This document shows, piece after piece, positions 15,947-23,282 of a stretch of DNA of 24,000 nucleotides. Origin of the DNA: Candidatus Finniella inopinata (lineage in GTDB: Bacteria; Pseudomonadota; Alphaproteobacteria; Paracaedibacterales; CAITNM01); contig CALPGA020000003.1 in the NCBI GenBank assembly GCA_943322985.2, positions 10,182 through 34,181 of the forward strand. Reading direction: 5' to 3'. How positions within the stretch are numbered: the stretch's first letter is position 1; every line of letters starts with the position of its first letter. The notes under the pieces are model-generated. The model made no database searches and was not told the DNA's origin. It was given only the letters and a program-made list of their open reading frames with translations. The translations under genes were made by a program, and so were the position numbers.

Positions 15947-18055
15947 TTATTCAAGCTGACCAAGAGAGCGGATTTTTACTTTCGGGTGCACTTCATTTTG
16001 CGACATTATAACAACTGATGGGCGTACTCTTTCAAGAATCGATCTGATGAATGAACGAATATAGGCAGTGGTCACAAGAACTGGCATTTCGCCCATCATT
16101 GCAAGGCGGTCATAGGTTTCATTGCAACGGAAAATAAATTCTTGCATCTGGCTTGGAGGTAGAGCTAATTGACGTGCATCTCCATCACCGACAACGGAAT
16201 CACTGATGATTTGTTCCCATTGTGGGCTTAAAGTGACGATGTTTAAAACACCTTCGTTATCAGCGTTACTAAAAGTAATTTGTCTGCTTAAGCGTAGTCG
16301 CACGTGTTCAGTAATGGTTACAATGTTTCTTGAAAAATTACACGCTTCGGCAATGCCTTCAAGAATTGTTGGAAGATCACGAATTGAAACACGCTCACCA
16401 ACCAGATTTTGCAGCACTCGTTGAATGCCACCTACTGTAATTTGTCCTGGAACAACATCATTTAGAAGTTTTTTGTAGGTTTCACTCATATCATCAAGTA
16501 ATTTTTGAACATCAGCAAAGGTAACTAGTTCGCCGATATTATCTTTGATAACTTCTGTTAGATGGGTTGTTAGAACTACTGATGGTTCAACTATGGTGTA
16601 ACCTAGATTTTCAGCATCTGCTTTCACTGAGCCAGAAATCCACATTGCTGGTAATCCAAAGCTTGGTTCCCTTGTATGCTCACCTATTAATGTAATTGGT
16701 TCCGCGCGAGGATCCATAACCATTAGATCCCCTGGTTTTAAGTATCCTTTCCCGGCATCTAATTCTTTTATGCGGATGACATATTCATTATTACCAAGTT
16801 GCATATTGTCTTGGATACGAACTTGAGGAAGATAAATGCCCATTTCTTGCTGTAGCTGTGTACGCAGATTTTTAATTTGCTCGCCAAGTTGTCTATTTTT
16901 TTCACCATTTAAAAGTGTTAATAAGCCATAGCCCAATTCAAGACGAATCATATCTAACGGTAGAGATATTGCAGGTGCTGATGTTTGTTCTAAGGATTTT
17001 TGATTATCATCGGTGTCTTTAGTGTGTTTATCGAGATTATCTTTATTTTCAACATTCAGCTGTTCTTGGTATGAATTCCACGAAGCATATCCTGCAAGAG
17101 ACGCTAAAATTACAAATGGCATGATAGGAATGCCTGGTAGCAAACCCATTGCTGCCATTACAAAAGAAGCCATTCCTAAAGCTGTGGGATAAGCGCTTAA
17201 TTGGCGATACAAAGCTTTATCGGTTGCTCCTTCAATACCAGCTTTAGATACTAACAAACCAGAAGCCATAGAAACAATAAGCGCAGGAATCTGCGTTACC
17301 AAGCCGTCACCTACTGTTAAAAGCGTATAGGTATGAAAAGCATCGCCAAAACTCATGTTGTTTTGAGCAACTCCAATAATAATTCCACCAATAATATTGA
17401 TGAATGTGATCAGTAGTCCTGCAATTGCATCTCCGCGCACAAACTTGGCTGCACCATCCATTGCTCCATAAAAATTACTCTCAGATTCAATTTCTTTGCG
17501 ACGTCTGCGTGCTTCGGGCTCGTCAATCATTCCAGCGGCTAAATCCGCATCAATAGCCATTTGTTTACCTGGCATTCCATCTAAACTAAACCGAGCAGCA
17601 ACTTCAGCGATACGTCCTGAACCCTTAGTAATAACCACGAAATTTACAATGATTAGAATAATGAAAACTACAATTCCAATAACAAAATTTCCCCCAATTA
17701 CAAACTGACCAAAGGCTTCAATGACCTTGCCTGCTGCAGATGTGCCTTCATGTCCATGAGATAAAATTAATCTAGTTGAGGCCACGTTCAAAGATAAACG
17801 GATCATTGTGGCTATAAGAAGAACAGTGGGAAATGAGCTAAATTCATTAGGTTTCATAATGAATAGTGATGTCATTAAAATCATTACAGAAAAAGTAATG
17901 GAAAGCGCTAAAGCAAAATCCATTAATGGTTTTGGCATTGGCATTAGCAAAACAACCATGATGATAAGAACGCCAACAGCGAATGATATATCGGCTCTTT
18001 TGATCAGATCAGCAAAGCTAGGAGCGGTAGCTTTGAACTCAATTGCAGCTGCCAT
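15947..18055 (-). CDS. flhA: Flagellar type III export gate protein FlhA
   Basis: 702 aa. FPTVLLIATMIRLSLNVASTRLIL, GNFVIGIVVF, ITKGSGRIAEVAARFSLDGMPGKQMAIDADL (FHIPEP family) and a cytoplasmic C-terminal domain. AGGAGA upstream of the ATG. Confidence 0.95.
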   Translation of the reverse strand: MAAAIEFKATAPSFADLIKRADISFAVGVLIIMVVLLMPMPKPLMDFALALSITFSVMILMTSLFIMKPNEFSSFPTVLLIATMIRLSLNVASTRLILSHGHEGTSAAGKVIEAFGQFVIGGNFVIGIVVFIILIIVNFVVITKGSGRIAEVAARFSLDGMPGKQMAIDADLAAGMIDEPEARRRRKEIESESNFYGAMDGAAKFVRGDAIAGLLITFINIIGGIIIGVAQNNMSFGDAFHTYTLLTVGDGLVTQIPALIVSMASGLLVSKAGIEGATDKALYRQLSAYPTALGMASFVMAAMGLLPGIPIMPFVILASLAGYASWNSYQEQLNVENKDNLDKHTKDTDDNQKSLEQTSAPAISLPLDMIRLELGYGLLTLLNGEKNRQLGEQIKNLRTQLQQEMGIYLPQVRIQDNMQLGNNEYVIRIKELDAGKGYLKPGDLMVMDPRAEPITLIGEHTREPSFGLPAMWISGSVKADAENLGYTIVEPSVVLTTHLTEVIKDNIGELVTFADVQKLLDDMSETYKKLLNDVVPGQITVGGIQRVLQNLVGERVSIRDLPTILEGIAEACNFSRNIVTITEHVRLRLSRQITFSNADNEGVLNIVTLSPQWEQIISDSVVGDGDARQLALPPSQMQEFIFRCNETYDRLAMMGEMPVLVTTAYIRSFIRSILERVRPSVVIMSQNEVHPKVKIRSLGQLE

Positions 18056-18066
18056 TCTGTTTTCTC

Positions 18067-19371
18067 CTATAGGTAAGTGGAAGAAACATTAGAGTCTGAA
18101 TATTCTTTTAGCTTATTTCTTAGAGTGCGAATGGAAATTCCCAAAATATTCGCAGCATGCGTTCTATTTCCAAGGCAGTGATCCAAAGTATGTAGGATTA
18201 ATTCACGTTCCACTTCGGAAACTTTCCTGCCTACTAAAATTGGATTAGAATCAGGTTTTTCTGATGACACAGGTCCATTTATTCCAAAAATATCTTCAGG
18301 TGTAATTGTGTCCTCTTGGGCCATAAGCACAGCTCTATGAATACTGTTTTCTAATTCACGAACATTACCAGGCCAACTATGTGCAAGTAGATTATCAAGA
18401 GCAATTTTAGATAATTTTTTTGGACTAACAAGATTCAGTTCGCAATATTTTTGAATAAAATACGTAGCTAGCGGTTCAATATCACCTGGGCGCTCGCGAA
18501 GACTTGGCATTTGAATGTTTACTACATTTAAGCGGAAATATAAGTCCTCGCGAAACTCTTGAGCTTTTACAGCTTCCAGCATATTTCGATTTGAAGTGGC
18601 AATAATGCGAATATCAATGCGAATAGGATGTGCGCTTCCAACGCGATCAATGACTCTTTCCTGTACTGCACGTAAAAGTTTAGCTTGTAGTCGAGGGTGC
18701 ATTTCAGTAACTTCGTCAAGCAGTAAAGTGCCACCGGAAGCTTCTTCAAATTTTCCTATACGTCTAGCTATAGCGCCTGTGAAAGATCCTTTTTCGTGAC
18801 CAAACAATTCTGATTCAAGTAAATTTTCTGGAATTGCGGCGCAATTTATAGAAATAAATGGGCGCTCTCTTCGTTTTGATTGTTGATGAATGAAGTTTGC
18901 CATTATTTCTTTGCCGGTTCCGGATTCACCAGTAATTAATATATTTGCTTCGCTTGGTGCTATTCTATTTGCAAAGGTTAAAATTTGTTTTGTTTTGGGA
19001 TCATTATGAATAACGTGTAAGTCTTCTTTGGTTACAGCTTGAAGCACTGCTGCAATTAATTCTGGATCGGGTGGTAAGGTAATGTATTCTTTTGCACCTG
19101 CACGAATTGCTTCTGCGGCGCGATCTGGATCTGGATTTACGCCGCACGCGACGACAGGGATAACTATACGTTCATTTTTTATCGCTGTTAAAAATTTGAA
19201 AATATCAAGTGTTAGGTCAACCATGACCATGTCAGCGCCTTTTCCAGAACGCAAACTTTCAAGTCCTTCATCAATTTCAGGAACATGTGAAACCTTCGCT
19301 CCACTTGCAATTGCAATTTTTGCAGCTGAGCTGACATATCCATTCAAAGATCCAACAATTAATAAACGCAT
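18067..19371 (-). CDS. flbD: Sigma-54-dependent transcriptional activator with a receiver-like N-domain (FlbD/FleQ-like flagellar regulator)
   Basis: 434 aa. AAA+ Walker A GESGTGKE, sigma-54 contact loop GSFTGA (18772..18789), Walker B LLLDEV, and a C-terminal Fis-type HTH (AANILGISIRTLRNKLKEY). Its position between fliN and flhA matches flbD of the Caulobacter fliF operon. Confidence 0.85.
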   Translation of the reverse strand: MRLLIVGSLNGYVSSAAKIAIASGAKVSHVPEIDEGLESLRSGKGADMVMVDLTLDIFKFLTAIKNERIVIPVVACGVNPDPDRAAEAIRAGAKEYITLPPDPELIAAVLQAVTKEDLHVIHNDPKTKQILTFANRIAPSEANILITGESGTGKEIMANFIHQQSKRRERPFISINCAAIPENLLESELFGHEKGSFTGAIARRIGKFEEASGGTLLLDEVTEMHPRLQAKLLRAVQERVIDRVGSAHPIRIDIRIIATSNRNMLEAVKAQEFREDLYFRLNVVNIQMPSLRERPGDIEPLATYFIQKYCELNLVSPKKLSKIALDNLLAHSWPGNVRELENSIHRAVLMAQEDTITPEDIFGINGPVSSEKPDSNPILVGRKVSEVERELILHTLDHCLGNRTHAANILGISIRTLRNKLKEYSDSNVSSTYL

Positions 19372-19383
19372 ATTTTTATTCCC

Positions 19384-19791
19384 TTATGTTTTACTTTTAG
19401 TTTTAATAATCTCTGTCATTGTAATGCCAAGTTTATCTTCAACCATAACAACTTCCCCACGGGCAATCAGAAGGTTATTGACATAGATATCAATTGCTTC
19501 ACCTACGCGCCGATCAAGTTCAATAACCGCTCCTCGTCCAAGTTTTAATAACTGGTGAACTGGCATTCGGGCGCTGCCTAAAACAGCTGAAACCATAACA
19601 GGAACTTCAAACACGGCCTCCAAGTCTTTTGGGTCATGGCTGTCAGAAATTAAGTTTTTTAGTTGCTCTGTGTTAACAGCAGTATCTTCTTCAAATTTGT
19701 CCGACCAAGATGTTGATAGTTCATCCTGAATGACATTTTTTTTGCTAAAATCTGCTATTGTTTCATTTCCTGGATTATCTACATTATCCAT
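19384..19791 (-). CDS. fliN: Flagellar motor switch protein FliN
   Basis: 135 aa. The C-terminal SpoA domain VPVMVSAVLGSARMPVHQLLKLGRGAVIELDRRVGEAIDIYVNNLLIARGEVVMVEDKLGITMTEII is canonical FliN. An AAGGAGA RBS lies inside the 3' end of the upstream gene (8-nt overlap). Confidence 0.88.
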   Translation of the reverse strand: MDNVDNPGNETIADFSKKNVIQDELSTSWSDKFEEDTAVNTEQLKNLISDSHDPKDLEAVFEVPVMVSAVLGSARMPVHQLLKLGRGAVIELDRRVGEAIDIYVNNLLIARGEVVMVEDKLGITMTEIIKTKSKT

Positions 19792-20452
19792 GGTGCTCTC
19801 CTTGTTCTACATAAGTATTCAGATATTCTTGCATCTTTAGCTCAACTTCTTGGTACCGTGTCTCTAGATTCCATTGTGCGCCCCCACCATTCCATTCAAT
19901 TTCACATGTGTTATCTAAAAGCTCATTAGTTTTTATAAGGTTTATCGTTTCAGGATAAGTAGAACATAAATTTTTTAAATGCTCCAACGTCTCCTCATAA
20001 ATAAATTCAGGAACTTTCACTTGAATAGGCATATGAATTACTAATGATTCAACAATTTCTTTTAAAAATTTTTTCATTTCTTTTTGGCCATGTTTTTTAA
20101 AAAAGAAAGGCATAGATTTACTGAGAACAGCTGAGCAAACTCTTAAAATACTTGAGAAAAAATTTGCAGAAAAAACTTTTTCTATTTTTATAATTTCTTT
20201 TAGAGAACTTTCAATTTCTAAAAGAGCTTTTTGAACAATGGTATCTATTTCTCTGGTAGCTTTTAGCTCTCCTTGAGATACGCCTAATTCAATTCCTTCG
20301 TTGAACCCTTTTGTATAACCTTCAGATTCTGCATTCTTGATATCTTCTTCAGTAAAGATGAGTTTATTATTTTCTATGGAAAACTCACGCATTATTAACG
20401 GTGTGGAATTTTTACTGATGAAATTTGTATAAATTTTATTTTTCTGTTCCAT
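19784..20452 (-). CDS. fliH: Flagellar assembly protein FliH-like (occupies the flbE position of the Caulobacter-type operon)
   Basis: 222 aa. N-terminal EGYTKGFNEGIELG motif and C-terminal ...INLIKTNELLDNTCEIEWNGGGAQWNLETR resemble FliH. Located between fliG and fliN. Similarity was judged by eye and is weaker than for the neighbours. Confidence 0.65.
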   Translation of the reverse strand: MEQKNKIYTNFISKNSTPLIMREFSIENNKLIFTEEDIKNAESEGYTKGFNEGIELGVSQGELKATREIDTIVQKALLEIESSLKEIIKIEKVFSANFFSSILRVCSAVLSKSMPFFFKKHGQKEMKKFLKEIVESLVIHMPIQVKVPEFIYEETLEHLKNLCSTYPETINLIKTNELLDNTCEIEWNGGGAQWNLETRYQEVELKMQEYLNTYVEQGEHHG

Positions 20453-20454
20453 AA

Positions 20455-21492
20455 TTACTCTACTAACTGTTCGCCCTTTTCAGAGCCATTGTTAATGCTA
20501 ATTTCATTACAAGCGGCTAAGTTTTTTGCAATCATTACAATTTCATTCTGGGCTTTTTCCACGTCTTTTAATCTTACCAACCCTAGATTGGCCATTTCAT
20601 CTAATAAGAGTTTTGCTCCGCGTTCCGACATATTCTTAATAAATTTCTCTTTAATGCGATCTTGAGTACCTTTTAGGGCAATTGCTAGTTTGGATTTGTC
20701 TATAGTTCTTAATATTACTACAATACTTGTTTTATCTAATTGAACTATATCTTCGAAGGTAAACATTAGATTGCGAATTCGTTCAGCTATTTCTGGTTTT
20801 TTTTCTTCAAGTCTATTTAGCAAACGCATTTCTGATGTGCGGTCTAGATTATTGAATACCTCGGCAACTATTGCATAGGGGTCTTTCTTTACAGATCTAC
20901 CTAATGTGCTAATAAATTCTCGATGCAAGGTATTTTCTATTTCTTCAATGACCTCTCTTTTAACAGTATCCATACGCAATAAACGTATAACTATTTCATC
21001 TGCCATAGTTTCAGGTAAACAAGAAAGAACTTTTGCTGAAGTCTCAGGGCGTATACGGGATAAAATAACAGCAACAGTTTGTGGGGATTCATTCTTAAGA
21101 TATCCTGCTAATATTTCTTCATCTACGCTGCTAAGCTTATCCCATAAGTTTTTACCTGCAGGTCCACGAACATCATCAATAATCTTATCAACTTCACTTT
21201 GTGTCATGAGTTTTAAAAGTAAGCGTCTTGTGCTTTCTACAGAACCAACCAACGATCCTGTGCTGGATATTTCATTGACAAATTCAACGCATAACGTTTC
21301 AACCTTTTCAGAACTTACTGTGCCCAAGTTTGCCATGGCCTGTGATAAATCTTTTACTTCTTCTGTTTCTAGATAAGAAAATATTTTTTGCACTTGTTCA
21401 TCTGGAAGAGAGAACATCATAATTGCTGCTCTTTCATTTCCTGAATAGCTAACTTTTTCTTCTTTCATGATGTTTAAGAATTTTTCAGTCAT
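20455..21492 (-). CDS. fliG: Flagellar motor switch protein FliG
   Basis: 345 aa. GNERAAIMMFSLPDEQVQKIFSYL..EEVKDLSQAM, MFTFEDIVQLD and the C-terminal torque-helix region MSERGAKLLLDEM are present. Starts 2 nt after the fliF stop. Confidence 0.93.
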   Translation of the reverse strand: MTEKFLNIMKEEKVSYSGNERAAIMMFSLPDEQVQKIFSYLETEEVKDLSQAMANLGTVSSEKVETLCVEFVNEISSTGSLVGSVESTRRLLLKLMTQSEVDKIIDDVRGPAGKNLWDKLSSVDEEILAGYLKNESPQTVAVILSRIRPETSAKVLSCLPETMADEIVIRLLRMDTVKREVIEEIENTLHREFISTLGRSVKKDPYAIVAEVFNNLDRTSEMRLLNRLEEKKPEIAERIRNLMFTFEDIVQLDKTSIVVILRTIDKSKLAIALKGTQDRIKEKFIKNMSERGAKLLLDEMANLGLVRLKDVEKAQNEIVMIAKNLAACNEISINNGSEKGEQLVE

Positions 21493-21494
21493 AT

Positions 21495-23126
21495 CTATTT
21501 ATCCGAATACATCCAAGATCTAATAATTGAAACAGCTTCTTCTGGGTGTCGATCAACGAGTTCTGCAATTTTTTTAGTCGACGACTGATTAACCATCCCT
21601 TCAATATGATCGATATTTATAGGAGGTTGTGCTTGCTTTGAATCTGTAGATCTACTTGTATTTGATTGATTTTCCACATGAATTTTTGTAGAGCTGTCAG
21701 ATAAAATTTCTGAATTACCTGACAGTGATCTAGAGGAAGTTGTTCTCATTAAAGATGAGATAAATGGTTTAACTACTGTAAATAAGCCAATTAAAACAAC
21801 AAGTGCTGTAATGCTTAATTCGGCTAGTTTATTTAAATTTAAGCCAAAAAATGGATTCTCTTGCTTTTCTGGAATAGTATCTTGTGGAAGTTCGCTGAAT
21901 TTTAAGTTGACTAAACTCACAACGTCTCCGCGATCTTCTTTATATCCCGTTGCAGTTTTCACTAAGTCTTTTAGTTTATTCAATTCCTCGTCTGATCTTG
22001 GTTGATATTCTTGAGTGCCATCATTTTTCTTTTTGTAATTTCCATCAACCATAACTGCTATTGATAACCGCTTTATAGTGCCCAATTCTTTGACATACGT
22101 TTTTGTAGTATTTGAAATTTCATAATTGATATTTTCTTCAATATTGCTAGTTTGATTCTTATTGTTATTTCCAGTATTTCCCTGTCCTTCTTGCCCAACA
22201 GGCAAAGAGTTTTGAATGGAAACAGCATCACTAGAAGCAGATTTTTCGCTTGTGCTGACACCTTCTTCGTTGATTATTTGATTTTTTACAACTTGTCCTT
22301 CAGGGTCAAATAATACAGATGTTGATGAAACTTGATCAAAGTCCATATCAACAGAGACTTCCACTCTGGTTTTATTTAATCCAAGCGTGCGATCTAGTAG
22401 TGCTTCAATTGACCTTGAAATGCGTTGTTCATATTCACGTTGAGTTGTTTGTTGCATTGTAAGATTATCTTTTGTTTCCGCAGAATCTTTTCCTCGGGCA
22501 AGCAAGTTTCCTCGGTCATCTACTATTGAAACTTGATCTAAAATTAAGCCAGGAACGGCTGAAGCAACTAAGTAACGAATTGACTGAACTTGAGTTGCAG
22601 AAAGAACAGCTACACCTTTCATACGTATCATTACTGATGCGGAAGGTTCCTGTTTGTTTTCGCTAAAAAGTTCGCGTTTAGGAATGACGAGATGCACACG
22701 TGCAGCTTGTATCCCTTGAATAGTTTGGATTGATTTTCCAAGCTCTCCTTCTAAAGCTCTGATCTGATTAATACCTAATAGAGCATTAGTTGTTCCTAAA
22801 ATATCTTGCTTGTCAAAAATTTCATATCCTACACCACCACCAGATGGCATGCCACTTTGTGCTAATTCCATCCGTAATCTTGAAATATCATCTATAGGAG
22901 CATAAATTTGTGTTCCGTCACCTTTGACTTCAAAAGGGATTCCCATCGTCTTTAATTTTTCTAAGACGCGACCGCCTTCGGCTGCTTCTATTTGATTATA
23001 TAGCAAGGCCATTTCGGTTTGGTTCGCGCGCACCATGATGTAACCAAAAAACGTCATTAAACCAAGGCCAATTCCAGCCATAGTTATAACGCGGCTGGTG
23101 CCAAAACGCTGCAGAATTTCGTTCAA
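21495..23126 (-). CDS. fliF: Flagellar MS-ring protein FliF
   Basis: 543 aa. N-terminal TM, then LLYNQIEAAEGGRVLEKLKTMGIPFEVKGDGTQIYAP, GYEIFD, LEGELGKSIQTIQGIQAARVHLVIPKRELF, a second TM and a C-terminal FliG-binding tail. TTG start with AGGCGA 7 nt upstream. The start is uncertain (next in-frame Met at codon 16). Confidence 0.9.
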   Translation of the reverse strand: MNEILQRFGTSRVITMAGIGLGLMTFFGYIMVRANQTEMALLYNQIEAAEGGRVLEKLKTMGIPFEVKGDGTQIYAPIDDISRLRMELAQSGMPSGGGVGYEIFDKQDILGTTNALLGINQIRALEGELGKSIQTIQGIQAARVHLVIPKRELFSENKQEPSASVMIRMKGVAVLSATQVQSIRYLVASAVPGLILDQVSIVDDRGNLLARGKDSAETKDNLTMQQTTQREYEQRISRSIEALLDRTLGLNKTRVEVSVDMDFDQVSSTSVLFDPEGQVVKNQIINEEGVSTSEKSASSDAVSIQNSLPVGQEGQGNTGNNNKNQTSNIEENINYEISNTTKTYVKELGTIKRLSIAVMVDGNYKKKNDGTQEYQPRSDEELNKLKDLVKTATGYKEDRGDVVSLVNLKFSELPQDTIPEKQENPFFGLNLNKLAELSITALVVLIGLFTVVKPFISSLMRTTSSRSLSGNSEILSDSSTKIHVENQSNTSRSTDSKQAQPPINIDHIEGMVNQSSTKKIAELVDRHPEEAVSIIRSWMYSDK

Positions 23127-23146
23127 AGGGTCGCCTGATTTGCTCG

Positions 23147-23190
23147 TTTATACCCTTAAGGTAGTCTGAAGAGTTAAATAATTGGTTAAC
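23147..23190 (-). promoter_or_regulatory. Tentative fliF-operon promoter region: -10-like TATAAA plus a near-match to a CtrA-type TTAA..TTAAC box
   Basis: Minus strand reads GTTAA-CCAATTAT-TTAAC (23190..23174), then 20 nt, then TATAAA (23152..23147), about 20 nt before the TTG start. The half-site spacing is N8, not the canonical N7, so this is only suggestive. Confidence 0.2.
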
Positions 23191-23194
23191 AACC

Positions 23195-23209
23195 CGGCAA
23201 ATTTTGCCG
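23195..23209. promoter_or_regulatory. Near-perfect 15-bp palindrome CGGCAAA-T-TTTGCCG, a candidate dimeric regulator binding site about 76 nt upstream of the fliF start
   Basis: CGGCAAA (23195..23201) and TTTGCCG (23203..23209) are exact reverse complements around one central T. The same half-site recurs in the adjacent hairpin (see findings). Confidence 0.3.
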
Positions 23210-23229
23210 AAATAAAATTATTTAAGGAA

Positions 23230-23266
23230 AATTTTGCCGACTAACAGCGTAGAGGTCGGCAAAATT
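23230..23266 (-). terminator. Candidate intrinsic terminator of the substrate-binding-protein gene
   Basis: Perfect 12-bp inverted repeat AATTTTGCCGAC (23230..23241) and GTCGGCAAAATT (23255..23266) with a 13-nt loop. It starts 16 nt after the stop codon and is followed on the minus strand by TTCCTTAAATAATTTTATTT. The large loop and A/U-rich outer stem lower confidence. Confidence 0.45.
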
Positions 23267-23282
23267 AGGAAAAAAAGTGATG

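Noticed and set aside
17808-18092. Plus-strand ORF of 94 aa across the flhA start and flbD end.
   Set aside because: Antisense to the flhA N-terminus and to the flbD-flhA junction. It has no RBS or motifs and is a shadow ORF.
19082-19486. Plus-strand ORF of 134 aa antisense to flbD and fliN.
   Set aside because: Ser/Ala/Ile-rich sequence typical of the reverse frame of a real gene. It spans two opposite-strand genes, and nothing in the sequence supports expression.
20906-21376. Plus-strand ORF of 156 aa antisense to fliG, the longest unexplained ORF.
   Set aside because: Ser/Thr/Leu-rich low-complexity translation of the fliG antisense frame, with no start context or motifs. The long antisense frame is most simply explained by codon bias of the sense gene.
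22090-22200. Asn/Gln/Gly-rich stretch in FliF (..VGQEGQGNTGNNNKNQTSNIEENINYEISNTT..).
   Set aside because: It is not a nucleotide tandem repeat. It lies in the variable periplasmic linker region of FliF and fits AT-biased amino-acid composition rather than an inserted element.
23196-23207. GGCA....TTGCC within the fliF-upstream palindrome, which looks superficially like a sigma-54 -24/-12 element.
   Set aside because: The GG to GC spacing is 8 nt on either strand, not the required 10 nt (TGGCAC-N5-TTGC). I also scanned by eye for TGGCAC-N5-TTGC on both strands elsewhere in the window and found no acceptable match.
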